Shown here: positions 1-13,790 of the stretch, piece after piece
Layout: every line of letters begins with the position of its first letter
Position numbering within the stretch: the stretch's first letter is position 1
Translations under genes and position numbers: made by a program
The notes under the pieces: generated by a model
The model's database searches: none
Seen by the model: only the letters and a program-made list of their open reading frames with translations
What the model was told of the DNA's origin: nothing
Origin: Octopus sinensis
Lineage: Eukaryota
Length of the DNA: 64,000 bases
Assembly (NCBI RefSeq): GCF_006345805.1
Contig: NC_042997.1
Location: 164,920,001-164,984,000, forward strand
Direction of reading: 5' to 3'

Positions 1-141
1 TACACGTATCACAACAACAATAACACCAAGTGTGTGTGTGTGTATAGACTTATAATATATCTCATTGTTAAGAAAATTTTACACAATTATTCAATAAAAC
101 TCAAATGAGATAAAGAGAACACACTTTATCCGCTTAAACAG

Positions 142-430
142 TGCAACGGGACCCACTTGGTAGTCAAGTCCCTGACGCCCCACTTTACTGAGGCCACCAT
201 TGTTACGGGGTGCGAAAGGGGGGAATGTTTTCATTTCAAGGATGCACTTTTATCCCTCGGGGTCAGACATGCCGTCTAACTTCCGCAGATCGCAGTTTCC
301 GGTGAGGCCATGCTTCGCCATGTCCATCAACAAATCCCAAGGCCAAACACTATCGGTGGTAGGCATCCATTTGGGGGAGCCTTGCTTTTCACATGGGCAA
401 TTATGTGGCCTTCTCCCGCTCTTTTTATGT
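142..430 (+). pseudogene. Frameshifted C-terminal fragment of a Helitron Pif1-like helicase
   Basis: Reads CNGTHLVVKSL..TEATIVTG / GNVFISRM..PS..MP..FRRSQFPVRPCFAMSINKSQGQTLSVVGIHLGEPCFSHGQL / VAFSR across two frameshifts (near 218 and near 403). These are the typical Helitron helicase terminal motifs. Confidence 0.85.
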
Positions 431-719
431 ATGCTCCTCAGGGCAGAACACGCATTGTTGTCTATAGCGAAGTTTTATAGACGTAGAAAGAAGAACAAGT
501 CATCACTGCAGCCCATGTGGTTATAAACAGGTGATCCGGAAGTATTGGCTGGATATATTCTCAAACCATGGCAAACATGACTCATGACAATAATGCTCAC
601 TCGGCCAATATCAGCGCTTGGCCAAGCTGCTCATAGAGTTAGGCTAGAAGGGCCAGCCCCCTTACTTTTTTTGTTAAGGCTGTTAGTAAGTTTTCCAAAG
701 TTACTCCAATCCGGATCCC

Positions 720-912
720 CAGTGCAAACCTTCGAATCAACCTTCTTCAATGCAGATCTTTAATGCAACCTTATCCAATCCAAATCTTTGAGTCAACCGT
801 CTTCACTGCAGATCTCCAATGCATACTTATCCAGTGCAAACTTTCGATGTAACCTTCTCCAATATAGACATTCGATGCAGATCTCCAAGGCAACCTTCTC
901 CAATGCATATCT
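720..912. repeat. Degenerate tandem sub-repeat (AACCTTC..AATGCAGATCT units)
   Basis: The motifs aacctt(c/a) and tgcagatct recur several times within about 190 bp. Confidence 0.6.
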
Positions 913-1757
913 TCGACCGATAGTACACCTAGGAGGGGTTAGGACTGGATTGGGATTGGTCGCTGCCTTTTAGAGGCTCCCGAGCCCCTTTTCGCTAGGT
1001 TAGCTTAGACTTAGGTTAAGGCTTAGTTGTGATCCGAACATAACCTCTTCTGACACAGAGGATTGGGAGCCCTTTTGGGCGTTATATTTTCCTTACCGGA
1101 AGGGTTCCAAACTCATGGACTAAGGAGGGGTTAGATGATGATGAGGGGTTCGAAAGGGTCGGCATGTGCAACCTGATCACTTCTGCCGGTCAAGCTCTCA
1201 ACCCATGCGTTCTCGTCGTGACACTGATTCTGCAGAATTGGGTTGGGTGTGATAACTAACTTTAAAGTATAAATATAGATTTTTTGAATCAGTAACGTCG
1301 TGGTCGGTTAAGTCCTTTTTGGGGTGAAAAATGAACAAACTGATTCATTATGGGGTTTTCTATTCAATCACGATGAAAAATCAATAAACCGATTCCTTAT
1401 AGGATTTCCAACTAAAATTGGCTACACCCCGTTTCCAACAATATCTTTTACCAATTTTGACGTATTTTGCTCAAACTTTATGCTGGCGTTGCTTAGGACT
1501 TATGGAATCTTTGAATGCTCTCATTTCTCAAAAAAAAAAAAAAATCGATGAGTGGAAAAGTCGATAAACCGATTCCTTATGGGGTTTTCCCAATAAAATT
1601 GTCTGCAACCTATTCTCAGCCTAACGTTTACCAATTTCAATGGATTTCGCTCAAATTTGACGTCAGTGTAACTTAGTTTGGTTTGAAACAAAGTGCTTGA
1701 TTAGCTTAATAATCCTAACTTAATCCCGGGCAACGCCGGGCTAAACTGCTATTTCAA

Positions 1758-1789
<32 letters not shown>

Positions 1790-2008
1790 CATTTCACTTT
1801 CTACTTTTAAAGGACTGACGTTCGAAGCGTAAGGTCTCTTCCTGCAAAGCGTTAAGTTAATACAGTATTAGTTTTAACACTGACTATCCTGTGTTGTATT
1901 GTATTTTTTCATTTATTGTTCATTGCATATATTACTGCTTTCATTGCACTCTTTGCCAGTGATGATACTAATATATTTCTGTCGCAGAAAATATCTCTTG
2001 GGATTTCT

Positions 2009-2090
<82 letters not shown>

Positions 2091-2396
2091 TGTGTGTGCG
2101 TGTGTTTGAACTTTAACGATTGTAGGATAATACACGGCACGCTGTACATGCTTATCCGATTACTGTACTATCCCATCATGAAACTTATTATAGCATACAT
2201 TTGAATCTTATGTTTATTAAATGATATTCATCTCACGCTAGGTGGAGTACTTTGCTTGTTGATCCTATCAATACGGAAGAACCTTGCACTGTATATACAC
2301 GTGGAACTCCGTTAGTGTACAGGATTTATACCATAATTTATATCAGAAGAAGGTGGAATAAGCAAGCTATAATTAAAGCCTGTTTATCTCATCTTG

Positions 2397-2433
2397 GGTG
2401 TATATATATATATATATATATATGCATGTGCGT

Positions 2434-2478
<45 letters not shown>

Positions 2479-2699
2479 ATACTTTTAAATATTTGTTGTG
2501 CAAGATTTTTTTTATGTGAAGTCTTGTGTTGAAATAGATATTGTTATATTTCGGAATGGTCATTTTGCCAGTTTAGCCAATAAAATATATGTTTATATAT
2601 GTGTATATATACATATATGTATATGTGCATATATATATGTATATGTGTGTGTGTATATATATATGTGTATATACATATATGTATATGTGTGTATATACA

Positions 2700-2752
<53 letters not shown>

Positions 2753-2825
2753 TTTTATTTGTTTCAATCATTTTACTGTACCTTTATATATATATATATA
2801 TATAAAGAAAGGGAGAGAGAAAGAG
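2397..2825. repeat. Compound (TA)n/(TG)n microsatellite field
   Basis: Seen directly; it accounts for the YI/VC-repeat ORFs at 2498-2851. Confidence 0.95.
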
Positions 2826-3445
2826 AGATTTTATTAATATTTGTCCCTTAGTTTACTATGACAATGACCTGATAGATACAACGGTAGTAATTCTTAGTTA
2901 TATATTTTCTTATGTTTTGTGCGAATTTTTCCCTGATTTTTCTTCTCTGCAGCGGAGTTATGGTACGTCATTAAATTATGATTTACATATATGCCCGAAG
3001 GTAAAACGGTGATGAAACTAACTTCTACCCTAGACAAGTTCAAAGTGTTTCTGCCATTGTTGGGTTTTTTACTACGATATAAATTCTTACTTCAAATTTT
3101 TGAGAAGAAAATGGAGTATTACAGAAGTGCACTGGACCGCCCGCATGATACAATTTACATTTAAATCTTCGTTTTTATGGTCCTAGATGAGTTATGACTG
3201 AGCCGGTCCATTATCATCTTATCTTTTGCATGTACCCAACGTCTTACCTGAGTGTCATTTGAGGCATATTTGGTTGCTTTTTTCATATATCGCCGACTAC
3301 GTAGTTGCCCCGTCGTCGTGTCCTTTTACCTCCCGGTGGACTGAGCAGCTGTATTTAAGTGACATTTTTCTCTGGACGCAGCACAGAATATGTAAGTGTC
3401 GACCTTTCGGCTTCTTGTGAGTCATTTTAGCAACTTGCACTGTGG

Positions 3446-4330
3446 TGTTATGAGCCAGGCTGTGTTGTAGGGAAGGATCGGAAGTGAAGGAGTAGGCATG
3501 TCCTGTCGGAAGTGGGGCCTGCGGATCCCACCGGGAGTACTGCGGGGGAAATGCACGAGGGGCCAGTTGGTGGCGGACACCACATAAAAGCAGACGTATA
3601 AGACTGTGCAGCGACGGATAGCGTACGTGGACGTGGAGTGAACCTTGGAGATCGAAACAGCACGTGGATATTGAAAGTGACCCTTTTCCCGGACCGACAG
3701 GTAAGACTACGTAATTCTCTCTTCGCTTCCGTCTTTTTCTTCCTTTACATCACAAGTTATTTCGCTCAATAAAAACAAAAAAAAAATAATGCTGGGTATG
3801 GTCCGTGTTTCGAATGAGATGGTTACGCCATTTGTGGCAAGGGAGATGTGACCACTTGATTGCAAAAAAATAAGTTGGTGGCGATACTCCAAGCTAGCGA
3901 GTTTTATACTGTTGTACCTCGATGGATCGGTGTTGGTGCTATAACTGGAAATGAAAGAGAAGGACCAGTTGAGCGCAGAAAAAATAGAAGGCCGGCTGAT
4001 GGAGGCTTTCACAGAAGGACCATTTATGGCATATAGTCGACTGGGGAAAACAAAGTGGATGGGCGAACAGGTTGATGTGTTTGCCAACGAAATCAGGAGA
4101 TTGGCTAGATTCGTGGGATATAGAGATGGCGCGTTAGAACAAACCGTTAAATTAGCCTTTGTGACAGGATTTGCTGACCACGTGCCAATCGAACTGCAAA
4201 AGCTGCCGAACTTCAGTCCATGGCAATGGGGGAGGTAATATCACGGGCCAGAGCCACTCTCTCGTGTTGCAGGGCGACACCTTTTGCAGCGACTGCAACA
4301 CCGAGAAAGGATCGAACAAAGAGCAGCGGA
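3446..4330 (+). mobile_element. LTR retrotransposon (Ty3/Gypsy-like) remnant with degenerate gag; possible LTR at about 3446-3715
   Basis: From the ATG at 3798, frameshifted MVRVSNEMVTPF/GKGDVTT*LQK..KLVAILQ/LASFILLYLDG...LEMKEKDQLSAEKIEGRLMEAFTEGPFMAYSRL..KWMGEQVDVFANEIRRLA...VKLAFVTGF.../ISRAR resembles invertebrate Gypsy-type gag. The LTR call (starts TGTTATG) is weak. Confidence 0.6.
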
Positions 4331-4346
4331 GAGTGATTGAACAAGG

Positions 4347-4735
4347 AGGGCGACAAGCTGGCAGAATCGTTAGCACGCTGGGCTAAAATGCTTAGCGTAT
4401 TTCGTCCGTTGCTACGTTCCGAGTTCAAATTCCGCCAAGGTCACCTTTGTATTTCATCCTTTCGGGGTTGATAAATTAAATACCAGATGAGTACTCGGAT
4501 CGATGTGATCGAATGCCCCCCTACCCACAAAATCGTCAACTTCGCCGGGAAAATGTTTAGCGGCATTTCTTCCGATGCGCTCTGAGTTCAAATGCCTCTG
4601 GGGTCGACTTTGCCTTTCATCTTATTGAAAGTCGATAAAATAACTACCAGTTGAACACTGGGGTCGATGTAATTGACTTAGCCCCTTCTCCGAAACTGCT
4701 GGCTTAGTGCCAAAGTTTGAAACCATTATTAAAGG
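4347..4735 (+). mobile_element. Two partial copies of tRNA-derived SINE family A
   Basis: gctggcagaatcgttagcacg...gagttcaaattccgcc...cctttcggggt(c/t)gataa, matching the clean copy at 57608. Confidence 0.85.
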
Positions 4736-4894
4736 GAGCTGGATTGACAGAATTGTTAGAGCGCCGGGAAGATGTTTCGCCGTATTTGTTCTGAGTCATG
4801 TCATTCAGAGTTCAAATCCTGTTACTTGCATAATCGTCATCCATTCAGGGTCTAAAAAATAAAGTCAGTCAAGTACCCAAACCTAGACTGAATA

Positions 4895-5490
4895 CGTTTG
4901 TTCGAGATGCATGCAGAACGACGAAGCTATTCTGCATGCACTTGTCGATTGCTCGAGCATTGCAGTCTTGTAGAGTTATGTTGAACACTTACTGTTGCGT
5001 GTAGGACAGATTCAACTATCTGCTGCGTCAATTGTGAAGATCGTCCCGGCGCGTTTCTTTGGCCGAGAAGGTTAGATTGTATTTATCTGCATGGTGGCCT
5101 TAGTGAAAAAGTTTGCGTGATGGCCCAAGCGGAAAGGGCTGAAGATAGATACATTTCACTTTAACTATGCCCAATTATTCAAGTTTCAACTGAAAAAGAA
5201 GATGAAGGTGAAGAAAAGGTAGGTGAGAGTGGCAAAGATGATCCTAGTGATCGAGCCTTCTCTGAGCATGCACCTGTAGACTGGAGGAAAAGGATAGGGA
5301 GAGATCACTTGCCTTAGTGGTCAGGGTGACTGTGGTTTTGTGGTGTCTGCACTATTAGCCCCTGAAGTCTCCGCGCTTTTGGGGAATTATTCATTGCTAA
5401 TATTTTTTTTGTTATCTTATTGTCTTATTATACTTGTTTTGTTTTTGTATTGTACCAATATCCTTTGTACCTTGGGGCCAATAAAGAAAC
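4895..5490 (+). mobile_element. 3' fragment of an L1/Tx1-like LINE (C-terminal CCHC knuckle plus 3' UTR)
   Basis: (C)SRCMQNDEAILHALVDC at about 4897-4952, then FKFQLKKKMKV and KR*VRVAKM; ends in AATAAA before a (TAT)n tract. Confidence 0.6.
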
Positions 5491-5512
5491 TATTATCATT
5501 ATTATTATTATG

Positions 5513-5544
<32 letters not shown>

Positions 5545-6989
5545 GTTACACAGTATTGGTGGTTTCTCCCTTTCCTATAAAAGTTCTTTTATGCAGTTCG
5601 TGTTTGTTCCTACTCCATATCGAGATCTAGATGATTATTTCAGTAAACAAGAGAACAATTTTCTACTTTGCACTCCACTCCCAAATCGAAATCTACCATT
5701 TCAAGCTTTAGTCTCAAATTCTTTGTCACAGATGGTAATTGACAGGATCATAACTCAACTTTTTTGTTTCAGCATTTGAGAATTTTATACTTCACGTAGC
5801 GAGAATATTCTACTTTGATCCCAGAGTAATAATAAAAAAAGAAAGAAAAGGACAAATAGGCATGTCAAATCGATTACAACACAGTTTCTTCTCATCAATA
5901 ACTCCAATACCCGGCCAATGTTCAATAATTCTTTCGACTTGTAAAAATAAGTCTCACAGCCACTTGGGTTTCAGTATTTTCGAAAACTTTCATTTCTCTT
6001 CCAATAAAATGGGCGTAGCTCTTTATTGTGCATGTATATCCAAACCTCTTGCAAAAATTCCAGTGATTTATTCTAGTCATCTTATACCTATGCTTTTTGT
6101 ACTCATTTTGATGTGATTGTGGACGTCCCGATACAATTTGAACAATAGTCTCATCTCCATCATCGCATATTTAGGTGAGCAGTCCTGTAGAGTTATTCTC
6201 TTGATAGAATTCACTCTTAGGACATGTTCCCGTACCACAAAAATCATTCATTTTCTGTGGAACCAAAGCTAGTTGTCCTTGTCGTCCCTTATTATATTTG
6301 ACCTTTCGGGGTCGAAAAATTAAGTACCAGTTGTATACCGAGGTCAATCTAATCAACTGGCCTCCTCCCACAAAATTTCGGGCCTTGTGCCTAGAGTAGA
6401 AAAGAATACTGTGTATTCTTGTACATATTTGATTTGTTTATGTGGACTATGTCTTGTGCAGATTCAAATTCTGTACAGCTGGAGGCGTTCTGAAAGAACA
6501 ATGGAAGATATTCCGATTAAAATCCTAAGGAATAACCAGGACACAAGAATTGTTCTTTGTAGGAGGACAATATTAAACAATGTTATTCAATGCCAGTTTG
6601 GTGTTAATCTTTTAGTTTTATATAATTCACTCATGGACTATGTGAAGGCCTGTTGGTTAGAGTGTTCACAGAGGTTCTAAAGTGATTTAATTTCTTTGGC
6701 GGCACATTGTGTTCTGAAGCAAGGAACTTCATTTCACGTTGTTTCAGTCTGCTTAGTTGAAAAGAAGTACCAGCGGTAGCTGAGGAGGGAGGAGTCAATC
6801 ATGCGATGGGACAGCGTCCCATTCAGAAGGGAATCTTGTCCTCTCATTTGTTAAAATGCCTGTAGATTCAAGACAGACTTTACTCGGGAGCAATATATCC
6901 GTTGGATGTTAAAGTTCAAAGTGGAGTCCAGTGAGCCAATGGAGATTCATTACATAGTTTAAGGTAAAGGCAAGAAGAGCTGTTTGTGT

Positions 6990-7500
6990 ACTCAACATTT
7001 TGTAGCTTATAATTCGTCTGTTGCGATGATTCTGATCGTTGCTTCCGAAACTTTGTTCTATGTATTAATTATCAGAGTGCAGAAAGCTCGCATCCAAATT
7101 GTAGGCCTGAGGAGATGTACAACAAGGTCTGTATTGTAATGGCTGTAAATCTGTGAATTTTGATGGACTGTGAATCTTATAGAGAACTGTCATGGCTGAA
7201 ACCTGTCGTCTGCGATGTAATCTGTTGATGATGACAGTTTCGGCAATTGTTCCATCAGCTTCGATTATCTCGAGAGATTTCTGTTGGATTGTTTTGAATT
7301 ACTTGAATATGCTATGTAAAGTGTCCAGAATAGACAGGTGTACTCCATGATAAATCAGATTTGTGTCTTGTACTGGATAGCTCTTCCTTCCGAATACAGC
7401 TTGATAGTGATTTTTCACAGTGCCGTAAGCCTCTGTACTTGTTATGTATGGTGGAAATATGTTCTATATAAGCTTGTTGTAATAGTTACACCTATAATCT
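6990..7500 (-). mobile_element. Decayed LINE RT C-terminal fragment (CR1/Jockey group)
   Basis: Minus strand reads ..YKTQI*FIMEYTCLFW.. followed by IQ..LEII and RRRQVSAMTVLYK-like sequence, typical of the post-RT region. Confidence 0.45.
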
Positions 7501-8302
7501 TTAATCTACTTTTTTTCTCGGTGTCTTACAATTCCCAAACTATAATTTAACGTTTGATGGACCTTTTTTATTGGTAATATTATTTCTTTTTACTGTGATA
7601 GTTCAAATACCTCCTTTCAATCAAGTGCTGGGGTTTACATTCTAACAATTCTCCGATCAAGCTAGACTGGTCTGATTGAACAGGTTGCTCTCTTGGTCAT
7701 CTAAGCAACCTGTCCTTGAGACCAGTGAGATCAACAAAGTTAATTCTACAGATGCAAGTTGATCCAGGACAGAATACAGGCAGGGAGGGAATTCTTAAAG
7801 TGTGACATTCAAGGTAAAAAGGACTAAAAGAAATGAACAGTAGACGACTTGAAGTGTGTGGACAAAAGAGAAGTAACTAGAAACATACCAGCTCCGAGGA
7901 GGTGAAAACGTTGTAGAAAAGGCAAATTGAAGGAACAGCATTTCTGTTAGAGTATATTTAGATTCATTTAAATATATGTCAAAACTGAAAAAATCCGATG
8001 GTGTTGTTCCTTAATCACGAGTCAGCCCTGATCGGGCAGACTTGTGATCACATATGTTCTTTCCACAACCATTCCGTATTTGTATATATAAAGGATCATT
8101 TTGCCCAATGCATTACCTATAAGACGGTACGCTATGTAGCTTGAGAGAAATTTTAGCTGTTATTTCTAACAAATTGAGAGAACGCTTAGAAAATTCATCG
8201 CTATTGTTCTTGCTAATGTTGTTGGTTGATTAAAGGCACCCCAACCATGGCTACCCTAATTTTAAGTGGAAGAATCTGCATTTCCTTCTCTATTCACTGT
8301 GT

Positions 8303-8354
<52 letters not shown>

Positions 8355-10433
8355 AGATAGAAAGCGAAAGTGAGAGAATAATGTATAGAATAAGGGAGCG
8401 TTAGGTCGCAACAGGGCTGATGCCACGTTTACGCCAGTCTATCAGTGATGTCCCTTTCACTTACTCATAACTGTTTAGTGAATACAGCCGAGAGGATAGC
8501 TTATAATAAAACTGTATCAATAGTTTATCTGGTGATGATTCAATATTCTGCTACTACTAAAATATTTTCTAACAACTACAACATTTCCTGATTGACGGTT
8601 ATGGATACAAAGTTTAAGTGTATAAAATATATTTGTTAACACAGTTTTTGTCTTTTCTGGTGTCTCCATATTATAGCGCCGCAATACAGACGCTTTGTTA
8701 GCCTAATTACGCAACACCGACCATGGGTCAAAAGACAGTAGATGTTGGACAGCGGTCATACCTATAAAAGAAGGGAGATAAGTACTATGTTCTTTTACTT
8801 TTTTTAATGGTTTACATAGAAAACGAAGTGCAAAGCTCATGATACATTTTCAGTCCATTCTCGTGACTGATGCGTGTGATTCTGAATATGAAACTTGTTC
8901 TGGATATTTGCAACTGTATTCTCCTAAAGATACTCAAGGACCAGGATGCAGGGTTATAATAGGCATCGGTTCATGTCTACACTCAAGTGCAAAAGCGGCT
9001 CCACCAACAAGTTTCCTTACACTACGTAACTGCCAAATTGTACTCATAAGAATTTGGTCGCGCTGTGGGGTGAAACCCGAAACCACGAAATTTCAAAGTA
9101 TACTTGTTTACTCAATGCGATTGCCGAGTGGTTAGTATATTGGACTATAAAACACAGGAAACGATGTCGATTCAAGTAGGAAAAAAAAAATCAATGATCA
9201 GTAAAGTTTAAAAAACTGACGAAACGAAAAAAAGTTCCTGCTCTTCTTTTGGCTATCGTTGTTGATCGAACAGATCTACAATCAAGGTTGTTCCAGCTAT
9301 GACAATCCTTTCTTTTCTTCCAGGCATATTGGTTCTACATTTTCAAAAACGTTTTTAAGACGGTGAAATGTGCGCGTGAGAGTGAGTGTTGGTTTAAAGG
9401 AGGAAGGGCAATATCGAGGATATTTTTATGGGGCTTCCGAGGTAGGGAGAAATTAATAAAGAACTACACCTCATCAGCTATCTACAAACCGTTGACCTGA
9501 TCCGAATGCATACAACAGTGTGGACTTCCCCACAGGCGCCCCGTGGCCGGAGGGTGGTGTTAAACCGAATGGGCATTCGCATGAATGTGTGGTTAAGTGA
9601 CTCGCTCACAATAACGTGATTCAAGGGTTGACATCACTGCGCGGATGGCACCTCGAGCGAAGAATCTTCTTCCATAATCTGCTTGATTAGTAACTTGTGA
9701 GTGGAATTTGGTAGACGGAAACTGTAACGTACATATAATTCATAATTTTTACTGAGTTACACAGTTCAATACTAGAATTTTAAATAAAGAACCTCCCTGG
9801 TTAGTTCGTAAAAGAATCTATATAGACTTTAGTGAATAGTCATGAAGGGCAAGTTTAGGCAAAATAACAGCTTGAGAGAGAAATGAAAGAAAGAAAAAAT
9901 TAATTAAAAGAGGCGCATTTTTTACTCAGCAGAAATGGTATTAATTTGGATAAAATTTTCTGATGGCAGCTGTAGTGGTAGAGGCAGAGAAACAGTTGTA
10001 ACTGTAGTAGTTACTGATAAACAAACTGCGAAGTATTTACTACTACTACTACTACTACTACTAGTAGTAGTAGTAGTAGTAGTAGTAGGTGGGAGTTGTT
10101 TCAGTATATTTTCCTTTCTTTCATCTATCATTTTTTTTTTGACAACAAACGTTGGTATTTGTGCTGTCCACATAGCCATGGCTTAGCCCTGAGGGAGCAA
10201 CATCAAGTTTTTCAGACATATGTAATATTAGTATCTCGCATTGCATTATCAAATACGTAGGATGTATCTTGAACGAGATTTGGTTACTATTTCTAGCTAT
10301 TCACGTGATCACGTAAAAATTCTCTGCATTAATTCCGTACTTTGTTACTATTATTAATTTTTTTTCTTTTTTGCTGTTGGTGAATGGAAATGAAGTTCCA
10401 GAGAAATATAGTATTGACAAGGAAATAAGTCAT

Positions 10434-10468
<35 letters not shown>

Positions 10469-11404
10469 TATATATCATTTAAATAATATGAACATATAGT
10501 GAAAATATTTAAATGAATAACACTTAAAGCTGCTTTATATAACTGACAAAACATTACTTGTACACAATGACAACAATTTATATAACGGCATTATACATAT
10601 GTGAAAAAAATCACTTTATATTAATATATCTTAAAACAATGTAACATAAAAATATTATTAATTTAGTCATTTACTGAAGTTTTTCCGTGACATTTTTTGT
10701 TTTCTTGGATTCATTATTATTATAATTATAATTATTATTATTATTCGAATATACAACCACAGCAGTATTTTGTCTTGCCTGTCACCGTTTCCAACAGAAA
10801 CTCCGGTACTGTAGTAACCACCCAAACAGTCGAATCCATTCATCAGCCTACCAGACGAACCAACCGACCGACCGACCAGCCAACCGACCAACCAACCAGT
10901 TAATCAGAAACATTTACACCCCAACCGTCATACCATCACAAACAGCAGCGATAGCAGCAGCAGCAGCAGCCGTAGCACCAGCAGTAAAGCAAGCTAGTAG
11001 CCATTTTAGAGTGTGTGGCCTGGTTGCTACGCAGATCAAATTCCTAGTACGCTTGGCGACTCAGTGCATGCTGTAATAAATAGCGTAAAATAACACAGCG
11101 TACCTGTTAACCCCTTTCTTAACGGCTACCCTTTTCTTCACTATTCTCTCCCCTCTCTTTTCTTGTCTATTCTCCATATCTCTCGTGTTATTTCAATATT
11201 TCTTTCACCTATCTTTGACCGCCATATTTTTTTTATAAGTTCCCCACTTTGATTCAAACGGATCTAGAAGATTGAAATTATAAAATAACAATATAGAACT
11301 ATTTTACATTTGTTAATAAATCATTGATAACTCATCATAATACCAATATATAACTATCAATATTCATTTGTCTGCCTGTATGCCTCATGCAACAAAAGCA
11401 ATAA

Positions 11405-11603
11405 TAATCTTTTCTACTGGAGGCACAAGGCCTCGAATTTGTGGGAAGGGAACTAGTTGATTACATCGACCTCAATGTTTCACTAGTACTTAATTTATCG
11501 GCCCCGAAAGGATGAAAGGAAAAGTCGATGTCGGCGGAAATTGAAATCAGAACGTAAAGACGGACGAAATACCAATAAGCATTTCGTCCAGCTCACCACC
11601 TTA
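11405..11603 (-). mobile_element. SINE family A copy
   Basis: Reverse complement of family A with an (ATT)n tail on its 3' side. Confidence 0.85.
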
Positions 11604-11625
11604 ACAACAACAACGAATGCCCTGA

Positions 11626-12010
11626 TGCAGTACCACACAGTGGCTCTCATGGCTTCTGATCTTAACTGACTGGAAGTTTTATCATGCACATTGTTTTATC
11701 TTGGTATAAAAGACGGGCTACAGCAAACATTCTGCTCAATATCACAGATTTCCTTGTCAGTTGTTTGACCATAAACAGTTGAGCACGTCCTTTAGTGGTT
11801 GATGATATGTGCATCTCTGATCACGAGCAGAGGCAGTGGGGGAGCATCATAGCCATGTGTTGAGAGGAATTATTTGGAGTTTGGATAATTCACCTCTGGA
11901 AACATGGGTGCTTTGTTCAACATCCTTAAACAACCCTTATTCAAAGACCTTTTGAGTGAGATGGGCTACTCAACTTGAAGAAAATTTTAACTGGATCCCA
12001 CCTGCAAGGT
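11626..12010. repeat. Interspersed repeat family E (copy 1 of 3)
   Basis: tgcagtacc..agtggctctc(a/g)tggcttctgatcttaact... is shared with 45355-45677 (same orientation) and 28065-28287 (inverted). Class not determined. Confidence 0.85.
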
Positions 12011-12015
12011 CAGTT

Positions 12016-12082
<67 letters not shown>

Positions 12083-12108
12083 TATATATATGTATGTATG
12101 TATTTATA

Positions 12109-12343
12109 CTAGCAAACGCACCCGTCCTTTGGACGGTTTAAGCAACTTTGGACGGTTTAATGCTCGTGCATTTTAGAAATGCTCCTAAACACATTGAGCT
12201 TTCTCCATATATAACTCCATAGTGACGACAGAAGGGCAATGGTCTGTTATATTGATGGCCTCTGTCTGCATACGTTCAGTAAGCCCTATTGCCATGAGAA
12301 CGAATCTAAGCACTGCAAAATCTTTCTGTACATTTATAGAAGT

Positions 12344-12378
<35 letters not shown>

Positions 12379-12929
12379 TTATTTATACTAGCTTTCGTGG
12401 CATTTTTTTTCACCCAATAATTGAACTACCGAGAAGGTTTATGTGTCGCATGGCAATCTGTTTCCGATTAACCTAGGAAAAGAAAACCAAATTGAAGGCT
12501 GGTTATTGTGGAGGTCGTTGCACTTCTAATAATTATAGAACATATAAGTTTGCAAACCATGTAAAGTAGAGCTACTGAAGTGTTTTGGGAGTAGATTACA
12601 GATAATGACTACAAAATATAGTTGTTTTACATGAAAGCGAAATTTCTTGCCAGAAACAGACACATAAATGGTGTAAGGAAATTGAAGGAAGATGTTGAAA
12701 CTTCCCCCTTGCGAGTTTATTTTTTTCAACAGCAAAGGGAGCTATTTTTTCGGACTGAAAAGCTAACAAAAGCCCCTTTATTCTATCTTCCCTTTATCGT
12801 ATCTTTAACCATCGCGGGTCTCATCCTCACCACGCATTTAGTATCCCTGCCAATTTTCAGCTCGATCCTAGCCTCGGTTTGGCCGCCATTAACCATCAAG
12901 GCAAAATGTGCATACAATTTTCGTCCAAG

Positions 12930-12975
<46 letters not shown>

Positions 12976-13790
12976 CGTGGGCTCAGGACGTCACGAAACG
13001 TGTACAGCAAAAAATACGAGGTACGAGTACATGGACTATGAACTATTTTTACGAACAACGAAAGACACAAATGGAAAACAAGACAAACATAAAGAACGAC
13101 GGTCATAGAGTGACCACTGGTTTGAAGAGGTATATGCTCTTTGCCATTAGGATCTAAGTACTTTATAGATGCGAAACCATCGGTCACTCAGTGACCGGAT
13201 ATATACTTAACTGTGTATAAATACTTCACTGCTCCATGCTGGCGATACACACACATATGTGGCTATCTCTAGGGTGCAAGACTTCAACAATATTTTGGTA
13301 TAATAGCGTAGCGAACAAAATGCGCTGTAAATTCATCGCGTTTGATTTAGTAAAATCTTAATCGTCATTTACAACTCCCATTTCAAAAGATTTTTAAAGT
13401 CTCATAAAAATCTACAGTTGAGGTTAACGAAATTAGTGTTCAAATACATGACAGGAATTTCTTTCTATTCTTTGATGATTAATTCTAGAAGAAAAAGGAA
13501 AAGCAATGTGCAATTTAATGTGATAATTTATAGTTATGAAGTTTGTGGCTCGTGCATTTTAGAAATGCTCCAAAACAAATTGAACTTTCTCGATATATAA
13601 CTCTATAGTGACGACAGAATGGCAATGCTCTGTTATATTGATGGCCTCTATCTGGACACGTTCAGTAAACACTATTGCCATGAGAACGAATCTAAGCACT
13701 GCAAAATCTTTAAATATTATGGCCCTACAACTTCCTGTACATTTATAGAAGTTTTAACTACCATTCTAATAATAAGAAAATCTTATATAA
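12109..13790 (-). mobile_element. Cluster of non-autonomous Helitron derivatives
   Basis: The minus strand shows hairpin CCGTCC-AAA-GGACGG (12122-12136) then CTAG|T (12109-12112). A second tatttatactagc end lies near 12381-12393. The block at 12160-12345 is duplicated at 13548-13750, and that copy ends in a candidate 5' TC terminus near 13780. Confidence 0.65.

Larger units (their letters stand above)
131..1752 (+). mobile_element. Helitron 3' portion (helicase remnant to terminal hairpin)
   Basis: Helicase remnant followed by internal duplicated blocks, then a GC-rich hairpin CCCGGGCAACGCCGGG (1725-1740) about 8 nt before CTAT (degenerate CTAG). Continuity of the whole span as one element is inferred. 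Confidence 0.55.

Noticed and set aside
12975-13200. HHR-like fragments CTCAGGA..GAAACGTGTA and GAAACCATCGGTC (also GGCCGAAACGTC on the minus strand near 42175-42200)
   Set aside because: Core and stem I are too degenerate to call.
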